Shown: positions 21,001 through 27,715 of the stretch, in pieces | How the letters are laid out: every line of letters begins with the position of its first letter | Position numbering within the stretch: the stretch's first letter is position 1 | DNA from: a virus | Taxonomy: Duplodnaviria; Caudoviricetes | IMG/VR virus record: IMGVR_UViG_3300027804_001396 | Coordinates: 1 to 33,782 of that record | Strand: one strand, 5' to 3' | DNA: 33,782 nucleotides | Notes under the pieces: generated by a model | Database searches by the model: none | What the model was told of the DNA's origin: nothing | Seen by the model: only the letters and a program-made list of their open reading frames with translations | Position numbers and translations under genes: made by a program

Positions 21001-24000
21001 AAAACCTATTCTAGTGAAAACCCAGCCGTAGCTGCTTTAATGTATATTATTGGTGAAAGCTTTAGTCATACTCAAGGTCAGTTTGTAAAAGAAACTGGAT
21101 CTAGAGCAATTAGAGAAAACAGAGCTTATACCCAACAGTGGGTTGACCGAGTTGCTTATGAAATTGGACAACTTAAGATTATGTCCTCTGACACCGAGTT
21201 TGCTGCTCTTATGGAATATGCTGTTGATGTTGCTTATGGTTTACCAACAGCTACACCACCAACTGGTATTTCAGTAGACAAGATTGATCAAGCTCGGGAA
21301 GTTGGTAAGGCTATTATCATTAATTCAGATAATATGGCAGGATTTATTTATGGTGAAGGAAGAAAGTTATTTAGTGATTTACCTGTAATGCTTAACCGAG
21401 AATTACTAGGATTAAGAAAGAAGAATTCCAATCCTGCCAAAGAAGGTGAATTTGAAGCTAATAGAGCAGGACTTATCCAAGCTGCATCTGATGCAGTAGT
21501 TGATTCTGTACTAAATAAAGGTGCAATAAATGGAACACTATTCTACGCTAGTGGATTAGCTCCTCAAATTAGTGGACATCCATATAGTTTTGATAGGAAT
21601 CAGTTTATTGATCAAGAATTCTTATCTAAACTATGGGAAACAAGAAACAATAGTCCAGAAACATTTGAGATTATTTTTGAAATTGCAGTTCGTCAACTAA
21701 ATAAGATAACCAAAGATGTAGCTATATCTAGACAGATGTTACGACAATCAATGACAAATCCTAGTTTTACGCTTAATGCAAAACCAAATTTACATAGAAT
21801 TTGGGAATCAGCCACTAGAACTTTCTATCAACTTGCAAACAATACAAGAAACAGAAATGAATTAATTAAAAGTATTAATAGAATTTCTTCAAAGAGAGAA
21901 AAAGTTCCAGACATTGATTTAGTAGTTGTTCAGGATTTCTTTAATGCTATTGATGCTGCAATTGTTTCAAAACAACCAGTTAGAGACATGGGTAAGTTAT
22001 TTGTAGAAAGCACAAAAGGATCTTTCCCACCTGGAGTTACCAATATTCCAGCTGGAAAGAAATCAGCAATTGTATTGACTGCACAAACCAAAACCACATT
22101 ACCAGAAATCATGGCTGGCGTTTTCCTATCTGAACTTGGAGAATCACCTAACTATATTCTTGCTGATGGTATTATTACTGATACTCAGATTGCCAAGTCT
22201 GCTAATCTAAGAAAGTATTTCTCAAATAGACTTGATATAATCCTAAGTGATGTTGAAAGATCTAAGGGTTTTAGAGCTACTTCGGCATTGGCTATTCAAG
22301 ATAATACAGGAATTGTTGGATTTGATATCTATGATATTCTTGAGATTTTTGAATCACTGGCTAGTAATATGAATCCAAATCTATCACAAGATGCCAAGGA
22401 ATTACAAGAATCATTAATTGTAATTCGACAAAACCTAGAAATTGAACAAGGTATTCAAGCTAGAAAATTAGGAGAAGAAGACGATTGGTATACCAATTCT
22501 TTACTAAAGTGGGGTACTGAAATTACAAGAATTGCATATGGCCCAAATCTCAATACCGCATCTTTAATTATGGAAGGTGCCCTTGGTGCATTCATTACCA
22601 CTAGATATGGAGGCAATGCAACTGAGTTCTTTGTGGATCTCTTTACTGGTATCTTTAAAAATTACAAAGGTAGTTTTGAAGACATGACAACATATAATCC
22701 ACGAGGACTTGCCATTAATATGTTGTACGGAATGGAGTCTTCAATACGAAATGCCCGTGAAGTATGGGATACTACAAGTAGCAATGATATTGCCCCAGGT
22801 CCTAATAAATGGCAACGATATCGAAACCATATGAGTAAACTACAGAATTCAGTATTTAGAGGAGCTGCTGAAGCATTAACTAACCAAGCTCAACGAATTA
22901 TCGTAGAAAACCTAAATAATGGAAACTTAAATAAACTACGGACATTGTTTAAGGTAGAGGATATCAGAACACTAGATGATTTAAAAATTGCAATGAACAA
23001 GTATAAGATTAAGGGTTTACTGCCTCACATGGCATTTGAACTCAAACAAGCTGGTGTTCTAGAGGATGGAATCCTTGAAGCATATTCATACATGTTAGGA
23101 AATGTTTCTAGTAAGCATGCTAAGGCAGGAACATTAGACTTTATAGCTGCAAATAAATGGATTGAAAACCATGCGTTTACTGTAACATTTGTTGGAAAGA
23201 ATAAGTTTGATAAAGAACAAGCCAAGAGAGCTGTTGCTGTAATGTACGAAGCAACCAAGATGTTTAGAAACATTGTGCTTGTAGAAAACAATCCTTGGGA
23301 CTCAGATACTCACTCTGGAGCTTTACGATATCTATTTACCTTCTATAAACAATATTCCAATCTTTATTGGTCACAGAGAATCATCAGACAATCAGGAAAG
23401 ATGGACAAAGCAACTTTTGTTTCTATCTTAATTGGAACAACAATTGCAGATTTGGTATACAATAGTTTCTTACTAGTTGCACTTGGTATGCTTCCAATTG
23501 CTGCTTTGTTACCTTGGCATGAACAATTTGTGTTTAAAAACAAACCAATGACCACAGCAAGATTAATTCTTAGTAGAAATCCAATCTTTGGTTTAAGTGG
23601 AAACCTTATTGCTGGTTCAATTGCCTATGCTTATGAAACATATAGTGATGTTTCAAACGCTAGAGCAAATAGAAATGAATATCTAGCAACAAAGAAAGCA
23701 GTTGGCAAAGGCTTTGATGAATTAAGTTTAGACTTTGTTCCACAGCAAGCAGTTGAAACACTTACAAAAGATCCACTTACAGCATTCCTAATTGCACTGA
23801 GTGCGGGTTCAAACATGACAGAACAAGAATCATGGGACTTTAAGAATGGACTTTTAAACTCAGCAATGAGATTTGTACCTGGGGGTTTAGGTGAACTTCC
23901 AGTTCGCGTTGGAGCTACTAAGCTTGCATTAGGTGAAAGACCAGGTGTAGATAGGTTTAGAGATGTTAATGTTTCTAGACCAGAAACAGCAGCAGAACCT

Positions 24001-24081
24001 GTTGCTCCTACAGAATCATCTGAGTCAACATCTTCAAGAGATAATCCATTTAAGCCACTGCCAGTTCCAAAGGGACTGTAA
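12079..24081 (+). CDS. giant 4000-aa polyvalent virion protein: DEDDy 3'-5' exonuclease + T7-type RNAP-like domain + zincin metallopeptidase
   Basis: Exonuclease: SFDIEW (D591/E593), VGHNSLGSDSD, YLIQD (Y752/D756). RNAP-like: WDDHMSGIHHKAAML (D1349), REFFKGVIIPVVYEG (R1442/K1446/Y1454), NFIHLDG. Zincin: FSHEIAH (H2656) and NPEEFIA. Confidence 0.75.
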   Translation: MATKGCNISDFIEDLLKQTNADGTRKYTDAQIRGKLRAAFKGGLINKAQLIATTGKTDLLITEPEFVELENLATTVANSNKSMFEVLSQDQLKRFVELTNKAKNSIGSGTTGRLNQSRLTSVLDTLNETPPTKITSILDILDRSIEKAELVGDLARVDKLQKIKASFIDMADLSSKLKIDWKAISKTNSELDKLTLEYAMVKEILDIGDRETAEFKKKFAVEMLDIKDEIQKTQKRTDLTDDEKKKIIDKLIIKQQELMKKFNETTSKKFKDARRKLEKKLKTINYQIQRLKDNAPNSFLNKILISITGIDSEFFVTSLRELKERQLKTEDDIKLAEKIVEEYAEDKTFTIAEVQWLFGEDYTSTKAVKETFYEIEKNPDGSPKKDSTNKPIKKRKERITLDEVKELLSLWSEFKRSKSYESTVSTLESTRINNILLAGDDKLVSEVEPEDALPIARTHTEAKTAKVGYRYDPRKVADRVKGVKDLQTALQRLTYLSSLPNHKGYISAGMLIGVLGQDAQSLFHRFDDAIMDDLELDNPDQTESETTMEGRRLVLQANLEKLGFTSSEILAMPEFTDAGYVDNFTKVVSFDIEWEPNTNNIIAVGIVEYINGNPVPAHTEVIWSRSGKDQYLTKDDAEEVLQRLHTYQNSGFKVVGHNSLGSDSDMQKLVSVSGNTNLGMAVAIRSLDTMLLGFRNSPMGTFTRTYGPSLDNLSKALGTGSKASKAGVTGVTAHEAWKASHASGDYTDFTDYLIQDVALTGRNLLEMVHRKNTTVDVNNSRGEPQPVQLFDITPIWYDTGKPEIGRNQRYRGVGVLFDIVSFKNMQEQMGLGLSQSVMYDVAKLKNVTIQMILALMKADNKSDIDTIFAALNAREETLIENFDSLLEISRSNHTAYLPILREIRRANRNEFLLDASRVSGSEVVYSKTPTKSVYETNALEEVISTLAAYNRNPQRSLDKFARLVGFRERNEGESALSYLRELFNYSATKFNNQNLTISDFGDGTFDYVPAKQLGRGFAQLVLGHIDDGLKLSQNIKTPVDVIDQRREEAELDGEKIEFEDIDNLVEKREYLPLTKQNVSYFAPLSMFEQERMYNDFALRQRYHYILNHNLTDDDLREFEDWRKVNPVVELKNDIKLKQAILKELRDKTLKTEADLDRLEKVYFPSGMTFVTPFDDYFLFDTSISFEDKVKQTKLLLAESKQNLKTYLEGLDKGRLEQGRVQRYNLHLVPNNRSIYSRIPTMEEMEEMSLEIALDLPQFIATFVHDSVNLMDSANVVVAGENHWEMPELSSGGPTGAARLAGIDAQLAWLMSHPELGRDPELLKELTRKSLENGWKQFTSRGWSRSTYWDDHMSGIHHKAAMLWSYFPDSTFKAQGGLLAILQGIKDGSVSKEKLKDYYVETYSQLEIALDKVEQEFTNAGLTKNVNQIQKIRTLLNGSTEVREFFKGVIIPVVYEGGYDAALTGLRDKQKSKISPGDPIHQLNDEDLKEITRILTETGIVVQGRLVDEILGLDTNKVRELMKLFEQGVERLAPNLKTATDAMFKRNPILRDNFIHLDGVREGIKIRLQTIAEYTMPAYLENEPRVKQEEWINKRVAFLENKWQKRINAALDIVKKNGGSIKVGSQVERDFHVALAGDQAAFKTQMTLLGINKMQNSGIKLNSSDRDILEASVMTGRHIADSDLMFTDHVVFTTVGIGTGSGRAQYVGNYLTNLHGSKLSKGNRYVENPDGSINWKETVKNSAWSLVGNNLTGLPKDVAKKKLRELAVKNYLLTVATDYPPTMIGYNMDDESRGQFFKEWQERSRKEREWEANERLTDIEKLKAAYTAEGRTLTDEQIEQAIASNSTPRNKRLGTRILAPTITTNDDDAVMSVEDAKGLAGFRPRLADNAFEDRIVHGLYSIYQGIKKLNLGTEKVRENLERIEKEGMTPDKVFDMENSRATQYDPNKLGVYFPEVESSLVESIFGERPTFNQRVLRLKYVLDTFARKNGLQDLIDNKEYATVYQIYKIRQSLKKFSFLVSQKVMQPYELRYLHRHMVQQIFRLTKAQRDATNVKTNILDLSKSIGIDPEHFRYPDNTNMRWLDVLKTLADLGIEEVSTLRFGMSPVEMLTTETGAAPDIISGRKTAIFPNTIQGGDVAVIFERIWANDLVQKEAKVYLDNLVKTGVITGYKTDQTNKYVLLSSLDKATEQQVLEHILGNDELIMGAAENLGLFVDFEMGTSENILRLQNSQFHANTDGVYINPQRGLGEITVSRVVEGSQNIKFYLTPEAVKRILRGARNSGLFTRIETAVQINKFLGTSTTVDQLRREKYAEYLDSHLDQLADETDILAELQGDNLQRLRTDRLRDSMGIELNLYDAEYYFHNEDSITNLTPFKNAVTLDIRIAAERASRYPALQTEYGVLNRLMTEDKNQWWFLRIGFAIFLQNNLGRTLTEQELKIILEEHFGEKFTDVKYNEFTTKLSQVTNIIDRINHSPFKGKNKYLHLAIKHREQMLAVPQTFNDKFDVFSFIKNFGVPVEDHDLAAQAVIEAYAIVENKANLPEAYSTIPSNDLIKIASSSTDFDIAFPEGKQINAQLVKLKMDGVIDDETETFYRLLIGKVLKHNPHLAKFLSIKIDDLGTIRAGEAVKDGDRFIINLNPTILKNMGRIDQIRVFSHEIAHIARLAFIKDNGPEWRKIESLFRSKRGSQGIETMLLVMNNNQRYEGFEQDLRYFKENPEEFIAFWGGWMLVEQVFNNVDVMKFIQSRSTAAYAVTMGYKTAFHRIRDEVKAISSGLYDIDEQVFNEVLDLTEALFGFTSSIEREIFVANENKTLGYLGDFDEPISNTGRDVDELARLTQDERNGVPLNALDQLKLASLRNKYSSGPIQNLDIVEYKRLRQKRESLQGSSLLKPTHREHPGYTGVSVQDLSSEEKLEIAQTVVSETIARRKNTSINQSSLGGSARLASEKVFGKKATRNLLAFRHYWGTMGLTRANKTYSSENPAVAALMYIIGESFSHTQGQFVKETGSRAIRENRAYTQQWVDRVAYEIGQLKIMSSDTEFAALMEYAVDVAYGLPTATPPTGISVDKIDQAREVGKAIIINSDNMAGFIYGEGRKLFSDLPVMLNRELLGLRKKNSNPAKEGEFEANRAGLIQAASDAVVDSVLNKGAINGTLFYASGLAPQISGHPYSFDRNQFIDQEFLSKLWETRNNSPETFEIIFEIAVRQLNKITKDVAISRQMLRQSMTNPSFTLNAKPNLHRIWESATRTFYQLANNTRNRNELIKSINRISSKREKVPDIDLVVVQDFFNAIDAAIVSKQPVRDMGKLFVESTKGSFPPGVTNIPAGKKSAIVLTAQTKTTLPEIMAGVFLSELGESPNYILADGIITDTQIAKSANLRKYFSNRLDIILSDVERSKGFRATSALAIQDNTGIVGFDIYDILEIFESLASNMNPNLSQDAKELQESLIVIRQNLEIEQGIQARKLGEEDDWYTNSLLKWGTEITRIAYGPNLNTASLIMEGALGAFITTRYGGNATEFFVDLFTGIFKNYKGSFEDMTTYNPRGLAINMLYGMESSIRNAREVWDTTSSNDIAPGPNKWQRYRNHMSKLQNSVFRGAAEALTNQAQRIIVENLNNGNLNKLRTLFKVEDIRTLDDLKIAMNKYKIKGLLPHMAFELKQAGVLEDGILEAYSYMLGNVSSKHAKAGTLDFIAANKWIENHAFTVTFVGKNKFDKEQAKRAVAVMYEATKMFRNIVLVENNPWDSDTHSGALRYLFTFYKQYSNLYWSQRIIRQSGKMDKATFVSILIGTTIADLVYNSFLLVALGMLPIAALLPWHEQFVFKNKPMTTARLILSRNPIFGLSGNLIAGSIAYAYETYSDVSNARANRNEYLATKKAVGKGFDELSLDFVPQQAVETLTKDPLTAFLIALSAGSNMTEQESWDFKNGLLNSAMRFVPGGLGELPVRVGATKLALGERPGVDRFRDVNVSRPETAAEPVAPTESSESTSSRDNPFKPLPVPKGL

Positions 24082-24172
24082 GAAATCGACTTTGGGGTCA
24101 GAAATTTTTGTGGGGGGTTTGGATGTTAGGTTTGTTGCCTAACCCCCCTCACCCCCAGTTGAAAGGAACTGT

Positions 24173-24334
24173 ATGGGTCATTTCTGGAAAGCCCTGAAGA
24201 TCGTGTTCGGGGCCATCATCGGTCTGCTCTTTCTCATGGCTGCGGTTAGCGCAGTCACCTGGGAGTGGGCAATCCTTTGTTTCGCCATGTTTTGCATGAT
24301 GTTTACTTTCGTTATGCAGAATGTGTGCGAGTGA
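24173..24334 (+). CDS. small two-TM membrane protein, 53 aa (not in ORF track)
   Basis: MGHFWKALKIVFGAIIGLLFLMAAVSAVTWEWAILCFAMFCMMFTFVMQNVCE with RBS GAAAGGAA upstream. Confidence 0.65.
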   Translation: MGHFWKALKIVFGAIIGLLFLMAAVSAVTWEWAILCFAMFCMMFTFVMQNVCE

Positions 24335-24343
24335 CAACCAACA

Positions 24344-24432
24344 CTCCGTGCTCTCCCTTCGGGGAGAGCGCGGGGATGTTAGCTGTTGCTAACACTGTGC
24401 TTGTGCAGATCACAGGCAATTTAACGAGGAGA
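24344..24432 (+). promoter_or_regulatory. multi-hairpin intergenic leader, copy 1
   Basis: Long cUUCGg hairpin, then TGTTAGC-tgtt-GCTAACA, then CTTGTG-cagat-CACAGG, then the RBS. Confidence 0.6.
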
Positions 24433-24436
24433 GCAC

Positions 24437-24598
24437 ATGCTCTACTACGTCACTGTTGAGCGGGATGGAGTTCACGTCGAGACGCACAAGTTCGCTTCCT
24501 GGAAGGAAGCGCGTCAGTACGCCTACGCAGTCAAGGCTGCGCGGCGTGGCGTGGAGGTCTGGATCGGACAAGACGGCGAAGGCGCCGTCAAGATCTGA
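24437..24598 (+). CDS. small hypothetical protein, 53 aa (not in ORF track)
   Basis: MLYYVTVERDGVHVETHKFASWKEARQYAYAVKAARRGVEVWIGQDGEGAVKI; RBS GAGGAG; fills the gap between two leader repeats. Confidence 0.7.
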   Translation: MLYYVTVERDGVHVETHKFASWKEARQYAYAVKAARRGVEVWIGQDGEGAVKI

Positions 24599-24617
24599 TC
24601 TACCGCAACGACCAACA

Positions 24618-24703
24618 CCCCGCTCCTCTGCTACGGCAGGGGGGCGGGGATGTTAGCCGTTGCTAACACCGTACCTATGCGGAACATAGGCTATTCAAAG
24701 GAG
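24618..24703 (+). promoter_or_regulatory. multi-hairpin intergenic leader, copy 2
   Basis: Long cUACGg hairpin, TGTTAGC-cgtt-GCTAACA, CCTATG-cggaa-CATAGG, then CTATTCAAAGGAG. Confidence 0.65.
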
Positions 24704-24711
24704 TAAAGCCA

Positions 24712-25227
24712 ATGGCTTTGCTTACGAAGGCGGTTAGCTGGAGCTCCATCGTGGAGCTCGGCGCAAAGCTCTGCGACCACTGTCGCGGAGAAAACGGAAA
24801 GGCTTTCAAGGAAGCCTTTCTTCTGGGGCAGCGTTGTCCCCAGAACTCGCTGTCCTTTGGGGGCCGCGAAGCGGCCCTCAATGGCAAGTTCGCCATCGCG
24901 TCATCTTTTGCTTGGCTCAAGACCAAGCAGGAGATCGACGTTCTGGAGGCTCGCCTCCTGAACGAAACGTACTCCCTGCGCGGGGAGTACGAGTACGGAC
25001 ACGCCGTGGAGGAACTGGATCAGTTCCTGCACGGGCTCTCTGCATATGCAGAGAGTGACGTCGATTACCTGATGTGGCAGAGCGCCACGTCAGGTACGCG
25101 GATCGTCTGCGTCCGCAAGACGCAGCGGTCTGAGTCCAGGGGCACAACGCACACCTGGATCGCGGAGTACCACGAGGGCCACAAGCTTTCGCAGTACGGC
25201 GCGCTGTGGTCAGAAATGACCGCGTGA
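24712..25227 (+). CDS. hypothetical early protein, 171 aa
   Basis: RBS AAAGGAG, GC-rich third codon positions, one CxxC (CDHC). Confidence 0.7.
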   Translation: MALLTKAVSWSSIVELGAKLCDHCRGENGKAFKEAFLLGQRCPQNSLSFGGREAALNGKFAIASSFAWLKTKQEIDVLEARLLNETYSLRGEYEYGHAVEELDQFLHGLSAYAESDVDYLMWQSATSGTRIVCVRKTQRSESRGTTHTWIAEYHEGHKLSQYGALWSEMTA

Positions 25228-25240
25228 CGGCACTACCGTC

Positions 25241-25331
25241 GCTCTCTCCTAGGTAGGTCCCTAGGAGAGAGCTTTCGGCTGCGCTGTTGCAGCACACCGT
25301 ACCTGTGCGGATCACAGGCTATTCAAAGGAG
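25241..25331 (+). promoter_or_regulatory. multi-hairpin intergenic leader, copy 3
   Basis: 13-bp hairpin, GCTGC-gctgtt-GCAGC, then a 38-nt block that is 35/38 identical to copy 2. Confidence 0.65.
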
Positions 25332-25338
25332 GAGCCAC

Positions 25339-25629
25339 ATGGCTCAATCCGACAAGTGGGTCATCACGACCCGCTACCTGGTGATGGAAGGACCGAAGGC
25401 AATCCTGTCTCGGTCGTCCATCTTGGACGCGATTGATGATTGTGCACAGAGGCATCTGTGCTACATTCGCAGGGAAACTACCATTAAGGTTGATGAAACC
25501 TTGACGGTGATTTCCAACTGCGACATCAACCTTCCAATTCTTCCTGTACACGACATCTACAACATCCCGAATGGGATGGATTACGATGCGCTGAAGAAGC
25601 GAATGCAGGAGGTGTTCTACGGTAAGTAA
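25339..25629 (+). CDS. hypothetical early protein, 96 aa
   Basis: Strong RBS AAAGGAGGAG; bounded by leader hairpins. Confidence 0.7.
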   Translation: MAQSDKWVITTRYLVMEGPKAILSRSSILDAIDDCAQRHLCYIRRETTIKVDETLTVISNCDINLPILPVHDIYNIPNGMDYDALKKRMQEVFYGK

Positions 25630-25769
25630 GAACTAAACGATCCTACCCAAGCCCCCTAGGTTTTCCTAGGGGGCGAAGGGCTGTATCGTTACAGCAAACC
25701 CCTAACGGCATTGAGGGGTGCCCATTCTGGGCCTACATTCAAACCAGGGCACAGCCCTAGGAGAATACA

Positions 25770-27584
25770 ATGCCTGTTTCCTTTGCTAGTCTTCCGACTA
25801 GCGCAAAGGTTACGCACTTCATCACGGACTTGGTCATCAAGTCTGGAGAGGCGCGTAACCAGCCTTCCTTTGTGGAGGCGGTCAAGGTTCGTTGGGATAA
25901 CACCGTTATTCCAGCCCTTGAGAACGGCGACCTGACGGTGTTCCAGGTCGGTGACGAGAAGTGGATGCGTAACCCGTCGTCAAGGATGACGAAGGACTAC
26001 CGCGTCTGCCTCAGCCCGAGGACCCTGCGTCACAGCGACACGACCAGCAAGAGCGGATTCGATCTGCCCCTGCTGTACGCCGCTGAGCAGGACGCTCGGA
26101 GCCAGATCAAGTTCACGGTGAATCGCCAGTTGCTGGCGATCATCCAGAACTCGGCCCTGGTTCCCGAGCTCGCTGCCGAATTCGGAAAGGACCCTGCCAT
26201 TGCTGTGGCAGAACGGTTCCTCCGTTCGGCGGAAGGGACGAAGCAGTTCCACTTCTTCATCCCGCCGTTCCTGGACGATGTCGGCCGCGAGTATGGTGAG
26301 GGAATGCTCACCTACACGGGCAGCCAGATGATCCGCAACCTGATCGAGTTCTACGACCAGCTGGACTACAGCATGGACGAACTCAAGGAGCTTGAGCCCA
26401 TGATCATTCATGCGGCTGGAGTCTCCCTGAAGAACTACGAGGACGTGATCAAGAAGGCGAACGACATCCTGTCGGGCAAGTGGAAGTTCAAGAATCCGTG
26501 GCTCACGCTGCGGATGGCGATCTTCTACCAGGAGGTCATCACCACTGGGCGCTCTGGTGCCCATCTGGAGTTCGACTTCCGCACCAGCGGACCCATGCTC
26601 CTTGGTCTGATGTCTGGCGACCGCAACATGATGGTTGATACCAACATGTTCGGCGCTGACGGACGCGACTGCCGTAACACGGTGATCAGCCTTGTTACGG
26701 TGCCCCTTGCTCTTCGCAAGTGGGAGTCCCGTCTTCTGACCAAGGACGTGGCAAAGCCGTTCGTGACCCAGACCACCTACGGTCAGGGTCCGAGTGGTGC
26801 TGCCTCAGGGCTGTTCTGGAAGGATGACGATAAGGCTCCAGCCAACTGGCTGAACGCCTTCGGCATCCCCAACACGGTTGTCCTTGACGCTGTGTGGTCG
26901 AAGAGGCCGAACCTCTTCAACCCCGAGTGGATGGACATCGTCCGCGAACTCGGGTGGGTCGAGGGCTACTCGGCTCTCCACGATCTGGCTTCGCAGTACT
27001 ATAACGCTTTCTGGGGTGCATACCACCAGCTCAAGCGTTTCTGCCAGCAGATCCAGGAGGCCAGTGAGGCCCAGCAGCTTGCCACTGGCAAGAAGCCGTC
27101 CTACACCAACGTCTCCGACTGGACCTACAATCACCACAAGTGGGTGATGAAGGAAGGTGGCAAGGTCATTCGCTGTCGCTACAATGGCGACAAGTGCAAG
27201 GACTTCCCCAAGGGGTTCGAAGTCTCCATCGGTGAGATGGTGGACATCGCTTCCCCGTACAGCATGGTGGTTCGTATGACCCACCAGGCTGACGCCTGGA
27301 TCCGTATGATGGCCTTCTGGTCCATCTACAAGTTCCAGATCGCCACCTTCGGGCGGTACGTCGGTCACATGGCGGTTCACGATGCGTTCATCGTGCCCGT
27401 CAAGATGGGACCGAAGATGCACAAGGTGATGCGTCCCGTGATGCATCAGTTTGTGAACAAGTACGTTCCGCACGTCCACAAGTGGATGCGTGACCACGGG
27501 CAGGAGCCGCCCGTGATCACCAAGGATCAGCTCAAGCTGGTCCACTGGTCCATCGCCAACAACACCTCGTGGCTCAACCTCTGA
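25770..27584 (+). CDS. single-subunit T7-type DNA-dependent RNA polymerase, N-terminally shortened (604 aa)
   Basis: Motifs in canonical order: FFIPPFLDDVGREY (DxxGR, D169), EFDFRTSG (motif A, D269), KDVAKPFVTQTTYG (motif B, K329/Y337), THQADA (H505), AVHDAF (motif C, D538). RBS AGGAG. Confidence 0.85.
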   Translation: MPVSFASLPTSAKVTHFITDLVIKSGEARNQPSFVEAVKVRWDNTVIPALENGDLTVFQVGDEKWMRNPSSRMTKDYRVCLSPRTLRHSDTTSKSGFDLPLLYAAEQDARSQIKFTVNRQLLAIIQNSALVPELAAEFGKDPAIAVAERFLRSAEGTKQFHFFIPPFLDDVGREYGEGMLTYTGSQMIRNLIEFYDQLDYSMDELKELEPMIIHAAGVSLKNYEDVIKKANDILSGKWKFKNPWLTLRMAIFYQEVITTGRSGAHLEFDFRTSGPMLLGLMSGDRNMMVDTNMFGADGRDCRNTVISLVTVPLALRKWESRLLTKDVAKPFVTQTTYGQGPSGAASGLFWKDDDKAPANWLNAFGIPNTVVLDAVWSKRPNLFNPEWMDIVRELGWVEGYSALHDLASQYYNAFWGAYHQLKRFCQQIQEASEAQQLATGKKPSYTNVSDWTYNHHKWVMKEGGKVIRCRYNGDKCKDFPKGFEVSIGEMVDIASPYSMVVRMTHQADAWIRMMAFWSIYKFQIATFGRYVGHMAVHDAFIVPVKMGPKMHKVMRPVMHQFVNKYVPHVHKWMRDHGQEPPVITKDQLKLVHWSIANNTSWLNL

Positions 27585-27715
27585 CCGCCTCTAACCGCAT
27601 GGCACGGGGGAAACCCCGTGCTGTGCTTTGGGCATTTCTGCCCACCTCGCCTACGGAGAACCCAGTAGGGGATTTCCTGTTATCCCAAAGAACAGGCTTT
27701 TAGGAGATTGTCACC

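Noticed and set aside
2955-23816. Short minus-strand and off-frame ORFs within the terminase and virion genes
   Set aside because: All are nested in long + strand genes, with antisense-type composition and no supporting signals.
1-24081. T7-style repeated 23-bp late promoters, and stop-codon recoding
   Set aside because: Intergenic gaps are only a few bases and no repeated consensus was visible by eye; ORFs are long and contiguous in the standard code.
24265-24656. Track ORFs 24265..24459 and 24456..24656
   Set aside because: They run through the hairpin leaders; the RBS-supported ORFs 24173..24334 and 24437..24598 fit the layout better.
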